Shown: positions 9,393-17,290 of the stretch, one piece after another
Position numbering within the stretch: the stretch's first letter is position 1
Layout: each line of letters begins with the position of its first letter
From: an uncultured Chloroflexia bacterium
Lineage (GTDB): Bacteria > Chloroflexota > Limnocylindria > Limnocylindrales > CSP1-4
Assembly (NCBI GenBank): GCA_963719145.1
Contig: CAVRAX010000001.1
Span: 263,708-327,707, forward strand
DNA length: 64,000 nt
Direction: 5' to 3'
Translations under genes and position numbers: made by a program
Notes under the pieces: generated by a model
What the model saw: the letters and a program-made list of their open reading frames with translations, nothing else
What the model was told of the DNA's origin: nothing
Database searches by the model: none

Positions 9393-10054
9393 GCGTCGCC
9401 ACCGGGCCGGCCGCCGAGCGAGGCGTCGAGGCCGGCGAGATAGGCGGCCTCGGCCGGCCGGCGAGCCGCGATCGCGGCGGCCTGCTCGGAATCGGCCGGC
9501 GCCTCGAAGCGGAGGTGACGGTAATAGGACGCCGTGCCGTAGATCATCGCGTACCAGGCGCCCGTGACCTGGCTGATCCGCTTCAGCGCCGCGACCGGCA
9601 GGTAGCCGTAGGCGGCCTGGGTCGCCTCGAGGATCTCGAGCATCCGCTTCGGGTCGTCGTCGTGCTCCTCGAGGATGTCGTCGAGGACCGCCATGTCGAG
9701 TCCCTCGAAACGGGTGTACGCGGCATCCGGGACGGGCCGGCCGGCCCGCCGGAGCGCCGACTCCTCGCGTCGCTCGCCGTACGTCTCGGCCGGACCCCAG
9801 TGGACGTGGAAGCGGCCCTTCGTGTCGAGGCCGCCCATGTCGATGCACTCGATCGGGCAGGCCTGGGCGCACTGGAAGCAGGTCTCGCACTTGAGCGTGC
9901 CGTATTCGTCGTAGAGGAGCTGGAGGCGGCCGCGGAACTTCGGCGGGACGTCGGCCCTGACCTCCGGGTAGCGGATCGTCGCCTTCGGCTCGAAGAAGCG
10001 GCGCAGGGTCAGGCCCAAGCCGCGGACGATGCCGAGTCCGGGGATCAGGCTCAT
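9389..10054 (-). CDS. Fusion protein: NuoI N-terminal half (one 4Fe-4S motif) plus truncated NuoE-like helical domain (no 2Fe-2S cysteines)
   Basis: 221-aa ORF. Residues 1-75, GLGIVRGLGLTLRRFFEPKATIRYPEVRADVPPKFRGRLQLLYDEYGTLKCETCFQCAQACP, align with the NuoI N-terminus and first CxxCxxCxxxCP motif. The C-terminal part, DDILEEHDDDPKRMLEILEATQAAYGYLPVAALKRISQVTGAWYAMIYGTASYY, resembles the NuoE N-terminal domain. No Cys follows the first cluster motif. The stop overlaps the nuoF start (ATGA). Confidence 0.8.
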   Translation of the reverse strand: MSLIPGLGIVRGLGLTLRRFFEPKATIRYPEVRADVPPKFRGRLQLLYDEYGTLKCETCFQCAQACPIECIDMGGLDTKGRFHVHWGPAETYGERREESALRRAGRPVPDAAYTRFEGLDMAVLDDILEEHDDDPKRMLEILEATQAAYGYLPVAALKRISQVTGAWYAMIYGTASYYRHLRFEAPADSEQAAAIAARRPAEAAYLAGLDASLGGRPGGDA

Positions 10055-10094
10055 CGCCTGGGTCCTCGTCGCGCGAGCCGCATCGTCCCGGCCC

Positions 10095-11483
10095 TCATCC
10101 GCCGACCAGGACGACCGCGAAGGCGGTCACGAAGAGGTTCAGCAGGGCGGCCGGCAGGAGCCACTTCCAGGCGAAGCCCATGAGCTGGTCGATCCGGACC
10201 CGGGGCAGCGTCCCCCGCATCCAGACGAAGAGGAAGACGAAGGCAAACGTCTTGCCCAGGAACCACAGCAGGCCGGCGACCCAGTCGAAGCTGACGTAGG
10301 CCCAGGCCAGGATGAGCCCGACGGCGACGACGTTGAAGAGGAGGAAGCCGACGATCAGGGCAACCCACCAGCGCATCGAGCTGCGGAGGAGGTAGAACGG
10401 CGCCGCGAGGAGGAGCGTCCCGAGGACCGGCACCAGCGCGACCACGAAGATCAAGCCCAGGCCGAGGCCGCCCGGGTCGAGCGGGATCGTCACGGGGGTC
10501 GTGATCCCGAGCCCGGGCAGGAGCCCGCCGATCCAGTCGAGGATCGGGTCGATGTCGAACGGCGCGTTCCAGCCGCCCAGGAAGAGGACCACGGTCAGCG
10601 CCGAGAGGATGAACACGTTGACGTACTCGGCGAAGAAGAAGAAGCCGAAACGCATCCCCGAGTACTCGGTGGCGAAGCCGGCCACGATCTCCGAATCGGC
10701 CTCGGTCAGGTCGAACGGCGTCCGATTGCCCTCGGCCGTCGCGGCGATGAAGAAGATCAGGAAGCCGAGCGGCTGCCGGACCAGGTACCAGTCGGTGAAC
10801 CAGCCCGACTGCTGCTCGACGATCGTGTTGAGGCTCATCGTCCCGGCCAGGATCAGCAGGCCCACGACCGAGAGGGTGAGCGGGATCTCGTAGCTGATGA
10901 TCTGGGCGGCAGACCGGAGGCCGCCCAGGAGCGAGTACTTGTTGAAGCTCGACCAGCCACCCATCAGCAGGCCCACGACCCCGAGGCCGCCGACGGCGAA
11001 GAAGTAGAGCAGGCCGATGTTGAAGTCCTGGCCGTACAGGCCGGGCGCGAACGGCAGGACGACGACCGTGAGGACGGCGGCCGCGTAGGTCACCACCGGG
11101 GCCCAGGTGAAGACGACCGCGTCGGCCCCGGTCGGGGTGAAGTCCTCCTTCATGAGGACCTTGAGGCCGTGGACGACGGAGAGGAGGGTGCCCCACGGCC
11201 CGACCCGGTCCGGGCCGATCCGGAGGTTCATGAAGGCGATCACCTTCATCTCCAGGAAGATGTTGAGGAACGCGATCGGGATCGTGATCACCAGGATGAT
11301 CGTCGCCGCGGCCACGAAGCGGACGATGCCCAGGTTCGCGGCGAGGATGTCGACGACCGGTCCGCCGAAGATGACGATGGCCGCGATCAGGCCTGCCGTC
11401 AGGATCGCCAGCAGCGGCACGACCGTGAAGACCACCTTCCCCGGCAGGGTCAGTCGCCCCCAGGCCCTCGCGACGGCCGTCAT
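10095..11483 (-). CDS. nuoH: NADH-quinone oxidoreductase subunit H
   Basis: NuoH/ND1 motifs (MNLRIGPDRVGPWGTLLSVVHGLKVLMKEDFTP, AEGNRTPFDLTEADSEIVAGFATEYSGMRFGFFF). Start taken at the ATG rc at 11481-11483 (MTAVARAWG). The track ORF start at 11579 would overlap the dispersed repeat. Confidence 0.85.
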   Translation of the reverse strand: MTAVARAWGRLTLPGKVVFTVVPLLAILTAGLIAAIVIFGGPVVDILAANLGIVRFVAAATIILVITIPIAFLNIFLEMKVIAFMNLRIGPDRVGPWGTLLSVVHGLKVLMKEDFTPTGADAVVFTWAPVVTYAAAVLTVVVLPFAPGLYGQDFNIGLLYFFAVGGLGVVGLLMGGWSSFNKYSLLGGLRSAAQIISYEIPLTLSVVGLLILAGTMSLNTIVEQQSGWFTDWYLVRQPLGFLIFFIAATAEGNRTPFDLTEADSEIVAGFATEYSGMRFGFFFFAEYVNVFILSALTVVLFLGGWNAPFDIDPILDWIGGLLPGLGITTPVTIPLDPGGLGLGLIFVVALVPVLGTLLLAAPFYLLRSSMRWWVALIVGFLLFNVVAVGLILAWAYVSFDWVAGLLWFLGKTFAFVFLFVWMRGTLPRVRIDQLMGFAWKWLLPAALLNLFVTAFAVVLVGG

Positions 11484-11526
11484 CGGCGGCCCCGGCGTGC
11501 GGTGGAACCGTGACCGCCGGCGGGCG

Positions 11527-11617
11527 AGGTCAGCCCAAGGCGGCGTCGAGCACGCGAGCGAGCGCACCCAAACGTGCATGAGCGAGCGAGCGCAGACGGC
11601 AACGCCGGGCTGGCCCG
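11527..11617. repeat. Dispersed ~90-bp repeat, copy A (nuoD-nuoH intergenic)
   Basis: GGTCAGCCCAAGGCGGCGTCGAGCACGCGAGCGAGCGCACCCAAACGTGCATGAGCGAGCGAGCGCAG...TGGCCCG. About 85% identical to copy B at 27038-27127. Shares the core GAGCGC-N5-7-AACGTGCRTGAGC with copy C at 19645-19740. Confidence 0.7.
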
Positions 11618-11628
11618 TCCGACGGCGG

Positions 11629-12852
11629 TCACTTGTCGACGCCGCCCATGATCGGGTCGAGCGAGGCGTTGATCGTCATCCAGTCGGCGATGAGCCCGCC
11701 CGGCACGAGCCGCCCGAAGCTCTGGAGGTGGAGGAAGCTCGGGTCGTGGATCCGGAACCGGAAGGGCTGGTCCGTGCCGTCGCTCACGGCGTAGATGGCG
11801 TACTCGCCGCGCGGGCCCTCGATCGCGGCGAAGGCGCGGCCGGGGCGCGGCCGGAGGAGCCGCGGCAGCTTCGCCATGACCGGCCCGTCGGGCATCTGGT
11901 GGAGGCACTGGTCGATGATCCTGAGGCTCTGCTTGACCTCGTCGATGCGGAGCAGGTAGCGGGCCAGCGAGTCACCCTCTGTCCGGGTCGGGATGTCGAA
12001 GTCGATCTCGGGATAGACGGAGTAGGGGTGGGCACGCCGAAGATCGAGGGGCACGCCCGAGGCCCGCAGGTTCGGCCCCGTCCAGCACATCTGCAGGGCG
12101 GTCTCGCGATCCATGACCCCGACGCCCCGGTTGCGCCGGGCGAAGATCTCGTTCTCGTTCAGCAGCCCGACGTTGGCCTCGACCTGCTCCGTCGCCCGGC
12201 TCATCCAGTCGCCGAGGCGGCTCATGAACTCGTGGTTCAGGTCGCCGTTGACGCCGCCGATCCGGAAGTAGTTGAAGAGCATCCGCTGGCCCGTGATCGA
12301 GGCGAGCATGTCCACGATCTCGTCGCGCTCGATGAAGCTGTAGAGGATCGGGGTGAGGCCGCCGAGGTCCAGGGCGTGGAAGCCCATCGCCAGGAGGTGG
12401 CTGGAGATCCGGTTGAGCTCCCCGGTCAGGACGCGGATGTACTCGGCCCGCCGCGGGACCTCGACGTCGAGGAGCTTCTCGTAGGCCATGACCGCGGGCC
12501 ACTCGCAGAAGAGCGAGCTGACGTACTCGAGGGGGTCGAGGTAGGCGATCGTCTGGTGGAGGTCGGCGTTCTCGCAGAGCTTCTCGACGCCGCGGTGGAG
12601 ATAGCCCAGGACAGGGTCAAGGTCGACGATCGTCTCGCCGCTCAGCTTCATCACGACCCGCATCACCCCGTGCGTGGCCGGATGGTGGGGGCCCACGTTG
12701 ATGAGCAGCTCGCCGTCCTCGAGGGTGTAGAACTCCGCTTCGCGCTCCGTTCGCGGCGGGTAGGGCGGGACCGGCTCGTAGATCCCGCCGACCTGCTCCT
12801 CGAGCAGGACCCGGGGATCGTCCGCCGACGGGTGGCCGGGCACGGTGGTCAT
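11629..12852 (-). CDS. nuoD: NADH-quinone oxidoreductase subunit D (49 kDa)
   Basis: 407-aa ORF; NuoD motifs (GPHHPATHGVMRVVMKL, RIDEVKQSL, IEGPRGEYAIY). Confidence 0.95.
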   Translation of the reverse strand: MTTVPGHPSADDPRVLLEEQVGGIYEPVPPYPPRTEREAEFYTLEDGELLINVGPHHPATHGVMRVVMKLSGETIVDLDPVLGYLHRGVEKLCENADLHQTIAYLDPLEYVSSLFCEWPAVMAYEKLLDVEVPRRAEYIRVLTGELNRISSHLLAMGFHALDLGGLTPILYSFIERDEIVDMLASITGQRMLFNYFRIGGVNGDLNHEFMSRLGDWMSRATEQVEANVGLLNENEIFARRNRGVGVMDRETALQMCWTGPNLRASGVPLDLRRAHPYSVYPEIDFDIPTRTEGDSLARYLLRIDEVKQSLRIIDQCLHQMPDGPVMAKLPRLLRPRPGRAFAAIEGPRGEYAIYAVSDGTDQPFRFRIHDPSFLHLQSFGRLVPGGLIADWMTINASLDPIMGGVDK

Positions 12853-12862
12853 CGGGACCGGC

Positions 12863-13408
12863 CTAGGTGCGCACCCGGCGGACCGTGCCGGCCGGGGCGT
12901 TTCGAGGCTGGTGGGTGGCCTCCATCGGTCGCACGCCGGCGCCGGGCGAACGGGCCCCGTCGTCGGGCAGGAAGAAGTCCTTGCGGAGCGGGAAGCTGAC
13001 GTAGTCGGGCGGCATGAAGATCCGCCGGAGGTCGCGGTTGCCCTCGAAGATGATCCCGAACATGTCGTAGGCCTCGCGCTCGAGCCACTCCGCGCCGGGC
13101 CACAGCGACGTGATCGACGGGGCGCGGGGGGAGGTCCGGTCCAGGCCCACCGCGATCACCCGGAGCCAGTCCGGCGAGCTCGTGCTCCAGAAGTGGTAGA
13201 CGACCTGCATCGTCTCGCCCGTGTCCACGCCGGCGAGGTCGGCCAGGAGCTTGAAGTCGAGCCCCGGCTCGTCGTGGAGGGCGCGCAGGACGTCGGGCAC
13301 GTCCTTGGGCTCGATCCGGATCTCGGTCTCGTCGTGACGCTGTCGGACGGGGCCGGCCAGAACTTCACCGAAGCGCGCCTCGAGGCGGGCCTTGAGCGCT
13401 CGATCCAC
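12863..13408 (-). CDS. nuoC: NADH-quinone oxidoreductase subunit C (30 kDa)
   Basis: 181-aa ORF with NuoC-like sequence (WPGAEWLEREAYDMFGIIFEGN). Confidence 0.9.
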   Translation of the reverse strand: MDRALKARLEARFGEVLAGPVRQRHDETEIRIEPKDVPDVLRALHDEPGLDFKLLADLAGVDTGETMQVVYHFWSTSSPDWLRVIAVGLDRTSPRAPSITSLWPGAEWLEREAYDMFGIIFEGNRDLRRIFMPPDYVSFPLRKDFFLPDDGARSPGAGVRPMEATHQPRNAPAGTVRRVRT

Positions 13409-13412
13409 GGCC

Positions 13413-14147
13413 TCAGACCCCCGACGGGACGGTGGGGCCCACGGCCCGCTCCGGCCAGTGGCCGCGGCGGTCCTTGACCAGCTGCTGGAGCTTCATCATC
13501 CCGTAGATGAGCCCTTCCGGACGGGGCGGGCAGCCGGGAACGTAGACGTCGACCGGCATGACCCGGTCGATCCCCTCGACCGTGCTGTAGCTCCGCTTGT
13601 AGCGACCGCCCGAGCAGGTGCAATCACCCATCGCAACGCACCACTTGGGCTCGGGCATCTGCTCCCAGAGCCGGACCAGCGGTCCGGCCATCTTCGTCGT
13701 CAGGGTCCCGGCGACGATGAGGACGTCCGCCTGACGGGGCGAGGCCCGGAACGGGAACATCCCCCATCTGTCCATGTCGTTCTTGGATGTCGCCGCGCTC
13801 ATCATCTCGAAGGCGCAGCAGGCGAGGCCCGACAGGAGCGGCCAGAGGCTGTTGGCGCGGAGGAGGTCGAGGACGTAGTCCGCCTTCGTCGGGATGATCT
13901 CGAGGACGCCGGACCAGCGGGCATCGTCACGGGCCTCGACCCCGCTCGCCGCGACGTCGGTGAGGTGGGTGACGTCGGTCGGGAGGCCGCCGCTGTAGGC
14001 GGCCGGATCGGCGGCCGACCAGAGCTCGTTGTGGACGATGATCGGGGTCGTCACCGCATCGGTCCCGGGGACCACGAGCGCCGTCGAGGTGCGCTCGCCC
14101 CCGGACGTGTTGCCCGGCGTTCGGCCGGCGTCGTCCGTCAGCGCCAA
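13413..14147 (-). CDS. nuoB: NADH-quinone oxidoreductase subunit B (with ~85-aa N-terminal extension in the longest ORF)
   Basis: 244-aa ORF; conserved core from [28 protein letters not shown] to [17 protein letters not shown] (N2 cluster cysteines). The start may be internal. Confidence 0.9.
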   Translation of the reverse strand: MALTDDAGRTPGNTSGGERTSTALVVPGTDAVTTPIIVHNELWSAADPAAYSGGLPTDVTHLTDVAASGVEARDDARWSGVLEIIPTKADYVLDLLRANSLWPLLSGLACCAFEMMSAATSKNDMDRWGMFPFRASPRQADVLIVAGTLTTKMAGPLVRLWEQMPEPKWCVAMGDCTCSGGRYKRSYSTVEGIDRVMPVDVYVPGCPPRPEGLIYGMMKLQQLVKDRRGHWPERAVGPTVPSGV

Positions 14148-14494
14148 TTGAGGACCCCCTTGCGCCAGGCGTACGCGAGCCCGAGGAGGAGGATCGCGAC
14201 GAAGATGAACATGCTGATGAACCCGCCGAGCAGCAGGTCCCGGAAGACGATCGCCCAGAGATAGATGAAGACGACCTCGATGTCGAAGGCGACGAACAGG
14301 AGGGCGTAGATGTAGAACGAGAGGCCGAAACGACCGTGCGTGTCGCCGACCGTGTCGATGCCGGATTCGTAGGGCAGGCCTTTGTGGCCGTCGCCCCGAT
14401 TGCGGTGGGAGATGAGCCAGGCGGCGCCGAAGGTCAGAAACGTGAACGACCCGGCAGCGATGGCGAACCCCACGATGTACCAGATCCCGGTCAA
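14138..14494 (-). CDS. nuoA: NADH-quinone oxidoreductase subunit A
   Basis: 118-aa TM protein ([14 protein letters not shown]...[13 protein letters not shown]...LWAIVF). TTG start at 14494, with GTGAGG 7 nt upstream as a possible RBS. Confidence 0.85.
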   Translation of the reverse strand: MTGIWYIVGFAIAAGSFTFLTFGAAWLISHRNRGDGHKGLPYESGIDTVGDTHGRFGLSFYIYALLFVAFDIEVVFIYLWAIVFRDLLLGGFISMFIFVAILLLGLAYAWRKGVLNWR

Positions 14495-14630
14495 CCGAAC
14501 CTCACTCCGAACGGCGCCGGAAACGGGCGACGTTCACGCTGAGAGCCAACGCCCTTGGGCGGGACGACCCTGGGACGACCCCTGAAAGGCAGTCGCAACG
14601 CGCCGTTTCGAACGGCCGTCGCCCGTGGGC

Positions 14631-14636
14631 ATTCTA
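14631..14636 (-). promoter_or_regulatory. Candidate -10 hexamer (TAGAAT) of the nuo operon promoter within a 509-bp leader
   Basis: The rc of attcta is TAGAAT, ~135 nt upstream of the nuoA start. No clear -35 element, which is usual in high-GC genomes. A small hairpin GCCGTTtcgAACGGC lies at 14602-14616. Confidence 0.25.
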
Positions 14637-15003
14637 GCAGCGGCGGCTTCGGGAGGCGGTCGCGGGCGAGGGTCCGCGAGCGCCTCCGGGAGGGCTCCGG
14701 GGGCGCGGTTCGACGGCCGCGTTCAAGGGGTGCCGCGAACTCCGCTGCCGGCCCGGGACGTCATCAGGGCACGCCGGCGGGCGTGAAGACCGGCGAAGGA
14801 GGAGGAGGAACCGGAGAGGTCGGGGGGCGGGTCACGCCGAGCGCGCGTGCAGGATCGCGAACCGCCCCCCGGCGGGTGTCCCCCACGGCAGGGTGGCGAT
14901 TCTGGTGTCGCGGCCGCAATAGGTACGGTTACCTACCGGATGGCCGGCCCTGCCGGCCGGCATTCGGCGGTCCGGGCCGCCACCCCGACCGACGGCCGAC
15001 GCG

Positions 15004-16083
15004 TCAGCGGGCCGCACGCAGCCTGAAGCCGAATCCGGCCAACGGCGTCGACGGCAGGTCTCGCCCGAAGCCGAGCACCGCGAACCGTCCAGTGACCGCC
15101 GGATCGACCATCCGCAACAGGGCCGACCTCGCATCGAGATAGTCCTGTAGCGTCGTCGTCGGGTCGGACTGGAGCCGGACCAGGTCGGCTCCGATGTCGA
15201 GGCCGGCGAGGAACTCGGCCTGGCTGGCTGTCCCGTGGTGAGCGAGGCCGGCCGCCGTCGCGGCCCGTTCGACGGCGCTGAGGTCGACGTGGGCCGTGAG
15301 GTCCTGGCGGCCGACATTGGCGAGGGCGTCGTCGTGAACGCGGTGCTGGACGTAGGCTCGAAGCAGGCTGCCGCGGTCCGGGTCGTAGAGCTGCTCCGCG
15401 GGGTGTCCGTAGTCGATGATGAGCAGCAGGCCACGCTCGAGCCCGGCGCCGGCGCCGGCGACCCATCCGTCCAGCGCCAGGCAGATCTCGGCCCGCTGGC
15501 CCGGGGCGAGGCGGACCCCCTCGGCGTCCAGGCGCGCGGCGAGGGCGGGCGTCGAGGGTGGCCCGGTCGTCGACGTCAGCTGGCCGGTGGCGTCGAGGGC
15601 GACGAACAGCTCCTGGATGGTCCCGGCGGGGCCGCCCTCGACCCGGTGCACCGGCAGGGCGTCGATGACCTCATTGGCCAGGACGGCGCCCCGGATCGGC
15701 TGCCCGTCGTCCGGCTCGAGGACGTCGCCGGCTCCGATCGCTGCCAGTCGCTCCGCGACCTGCGCCTCGCGCGCGGCCGAGCGCTCGACGACCCGGTAGC
15801 GGACGGCCCGGCGGAGCGGTGAGCCGAGCCGGTCCAGGCCCTCGACGATGCCGGCCGCGAGAGCCCCGCTGCCCGCGCCGTGCTCACGAACCGTGAACCG
15901 TGCGGGCCGGCCCAGGCGGTCCCAGACCTCGTCGAGCTGGCGGGCCATGGCCCAGCCGAAGATCGGGTGGGTCTCAGGAGCGGTCAGGAAGTCGGCCGCG
16001 CGCCCGGGCCCTCGGCGACCCGTCACGTAGAAGCCGAGCTCCGGGTCGTAGAGGGCGAGGTCCATGAACCGGGCGAAGGTCAT
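15004..16083 (-). CDS. MidA/NDUFAF7-family (DUF185, COG1565) SAM-dependent methyltransferase
   Basis: C-terminal ~375 aa of the track ORF: GPMTFARFMDLALYDPELGFYVTG...ADFLTAPETHPIFGWAMARQL...EHGAGSGALAAGIV...VLANEVIDALPVHRV, typical MidA motifs. The first ATG is at 16081-16083. The conserved region extends ~15 aa upstream (KLVALIETEIRASGP), so the true start may be non-canonical. The N-terminal 225 aa of the track ORF is an RG/P-rich artefact. Confidence 0.7.
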   Translation of the reverse strand: MTFARFMDLALYDPELGFYVTGRRGPGRAADFLTAPETHPIFGWAMARQLDEVWDRLGRPARFTVREHGAGSGALAAGIVEGLDRLGSPLRRAVRYRVVERSAAREAQVAERLAAIGAGDVLEPDDGQPIRGAVLANEVIDALPVHRVEGGPAGTIQELFVALDATGQLTSTTGPPSTPALAARLDAEGVRLAPGQRAEICLALDGWVAGAGAGLERGLLLIIDYGHPAEQLYDPDRGSLLRAYVQHRVHDDALANVGRQDLTAHVDLSAVERAATAAGLAHHGTASQAEFLAGLDIGADLVRLQSDPTTTLQDYLDARSALLRMVDPAVTGRFAVLGFGRDLPSTPLAGFGFRLRAAR

Positions 16084-16223
16084 CGGTCCCGATGCCCGGA
16101 TCTCCGTCTCGATCAGCGCGACGAGCTTCGGCTCGTGGCCCGGATCCGGGCGATGTTCGAGATCGGCCGGGCGGCGGAGCCCGACGACGGGCCCGGCAGC
16201 GGGCCCGTCGAGCGGGTCGCCCG

Positions 16224-17255
16224 TCACCGACGGCGGCTGCCGAGGAGCAACCGGAGGCCCGGCCCGACGAGGGTGTGCCCGCCGAGCAAGACCGGGATCG
16301 GCGCCTCCAGCGCGGCCCGGGTGAGCTCGCGGAGCCAGGGATCGGCGACCTGCTCGGGCTCGAGGAGATCGCTGGCGAATCGGTCCTCGGGTCCCGGCCA
16401 GGACGCCTCGTCCCGGCCGAGGCGATGTGCCAGGAGGACGCGGCTGTCGACGACGGCCGCGTCGGCCAACTCGGCGAGGACGGAGCCGAGGCCGCCCGGA
16501 CCGGCCTGGTCCAGGACCAGGCCGAGCGTCGAGCGGGCCGGTCGCTGACCCGGGAGCGCGGTCCGCATGCCGCGCTCCTCGACCAGGGCCCGGGTCCGGC
16601 TCCGTGTCCCGGACTCGAGCCAGTCCAGGCTGGCGGCCGACGTCCGGCCCGCGACGAGCAGCTCCGCACGTGGGTCGGCGGCCACGCTCCTGACCCGCGC
16701 CGCGGTCTCGCGGACCCGGTCCAGGGACGGATCGCCCGGCGTGGCGAGACCTGCCACGACGGCGTCGATGGGCGAATCCAGATCGACCTGGAGGCGCCAC
16801 TTCCGGTGGAGGTCGCGAACGACGACGCCGCGCTCGGCCAGCCAGCGGGGCAGGCCGTTGTCGGCCGTCGTGGCCGGCAGGGAAGACAGGTCGAGGCCGG
16901 CGGGGAGCGCGACGATGTCGGCCGAGAATCGACTGTTGGCGAGCGCGTCGCCACCTCCAGCCGCGGCCGCGGCGACGAAGGTGCGACGGTCCGCGGCCGT
17001 CGCCAGCGGCACGCTGCCGGACCCCAGGACGACGAATCCGGCGCCCGCGTCGAGGGCGGCCAGGCGCCGCAGCCGCGTGCCGAACGGGGCACCGTCGGCC
17101 TTCGTCTCGATGACCCGGGCCGTGGCCCCCGCGGTCCCGAATCCGCGCGCCTGGCGGGCCGCGTTCGCAGCCCGCACGCTCGCGAACGCGGTCTCGAGGG
17201 GCCCGGCGCCCGGGCCCGCGACCGCGTGGAGGATGATGGCGACAACCTGACTCAT
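16224..17255 (-). CDS. Hypothetical protein (343 aa)
   Basis: Long ORF with a Shine-Dalgarno-like context, co-oriented with the midA-like gene; no recognisable family. Confidence 0.45.
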   Translation of the reverse strand: MSQVVAIILHAVAGPGAGPLETAFASVRAANAARQARGFGTAGATARVIETKADGAPFGTRLRRLAALDAGAGFVVLGSGSVPLATAADRRTFVAAAAAGGGDALANSRFSADIVALPAGLDLSSLPATTADNGLPRWLAERGVVVRDLHRKWRLQVDLDSPIDAVVAGLATPGDPSLDRVRETAARVRSVAADPRAELLVAGRTSAASLDWLESGTRSRTRALVEERGMRTALPGQRPARSTLGLVLDQAGPGGLGSVLAELADAAVVDSRVLLAHRLGRDEASWPGPEDRFASDLLEPEQVADPWLRELTRAALEAPIPVLLGGHTLVGPGLRLLLGSRRR

Positions 17256-17290
17256 ACCACGAGTCTAGCGAGAGGAGGACAGGCCGCTCG

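Noticed and set aside
5942-9443. Long plus-strand ORFs 5942..8092 and 7779..9443, and the minus-strand ORF 7978..9402
   Set aside because: Antisense or alternative frames over nuoF and the NuoG'/GltD chimera, with no domain signatures. The sense frames carry clear Fe-S and flavoprotein motifs.
10029-12999. Plus-strand ORFs 10029..11513 and 11107..12999, and the minus-strand ORF 10051..11196
   Set aside because: They overlap nuoH and nuoD antisense or out of frame. The composition is D/E/R/P-rich low complexity.
14495-15003. Search for a tRNA or small ORF in the long nuo leader
   Set aside because: No cloverleaf-compatible T-arm/acceptor pairing or GTTCGA-type motif in tRNA context was found. 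The plus-strand ORFs here (14555..15142 and others) are Arg/Gly-rich artefacts.
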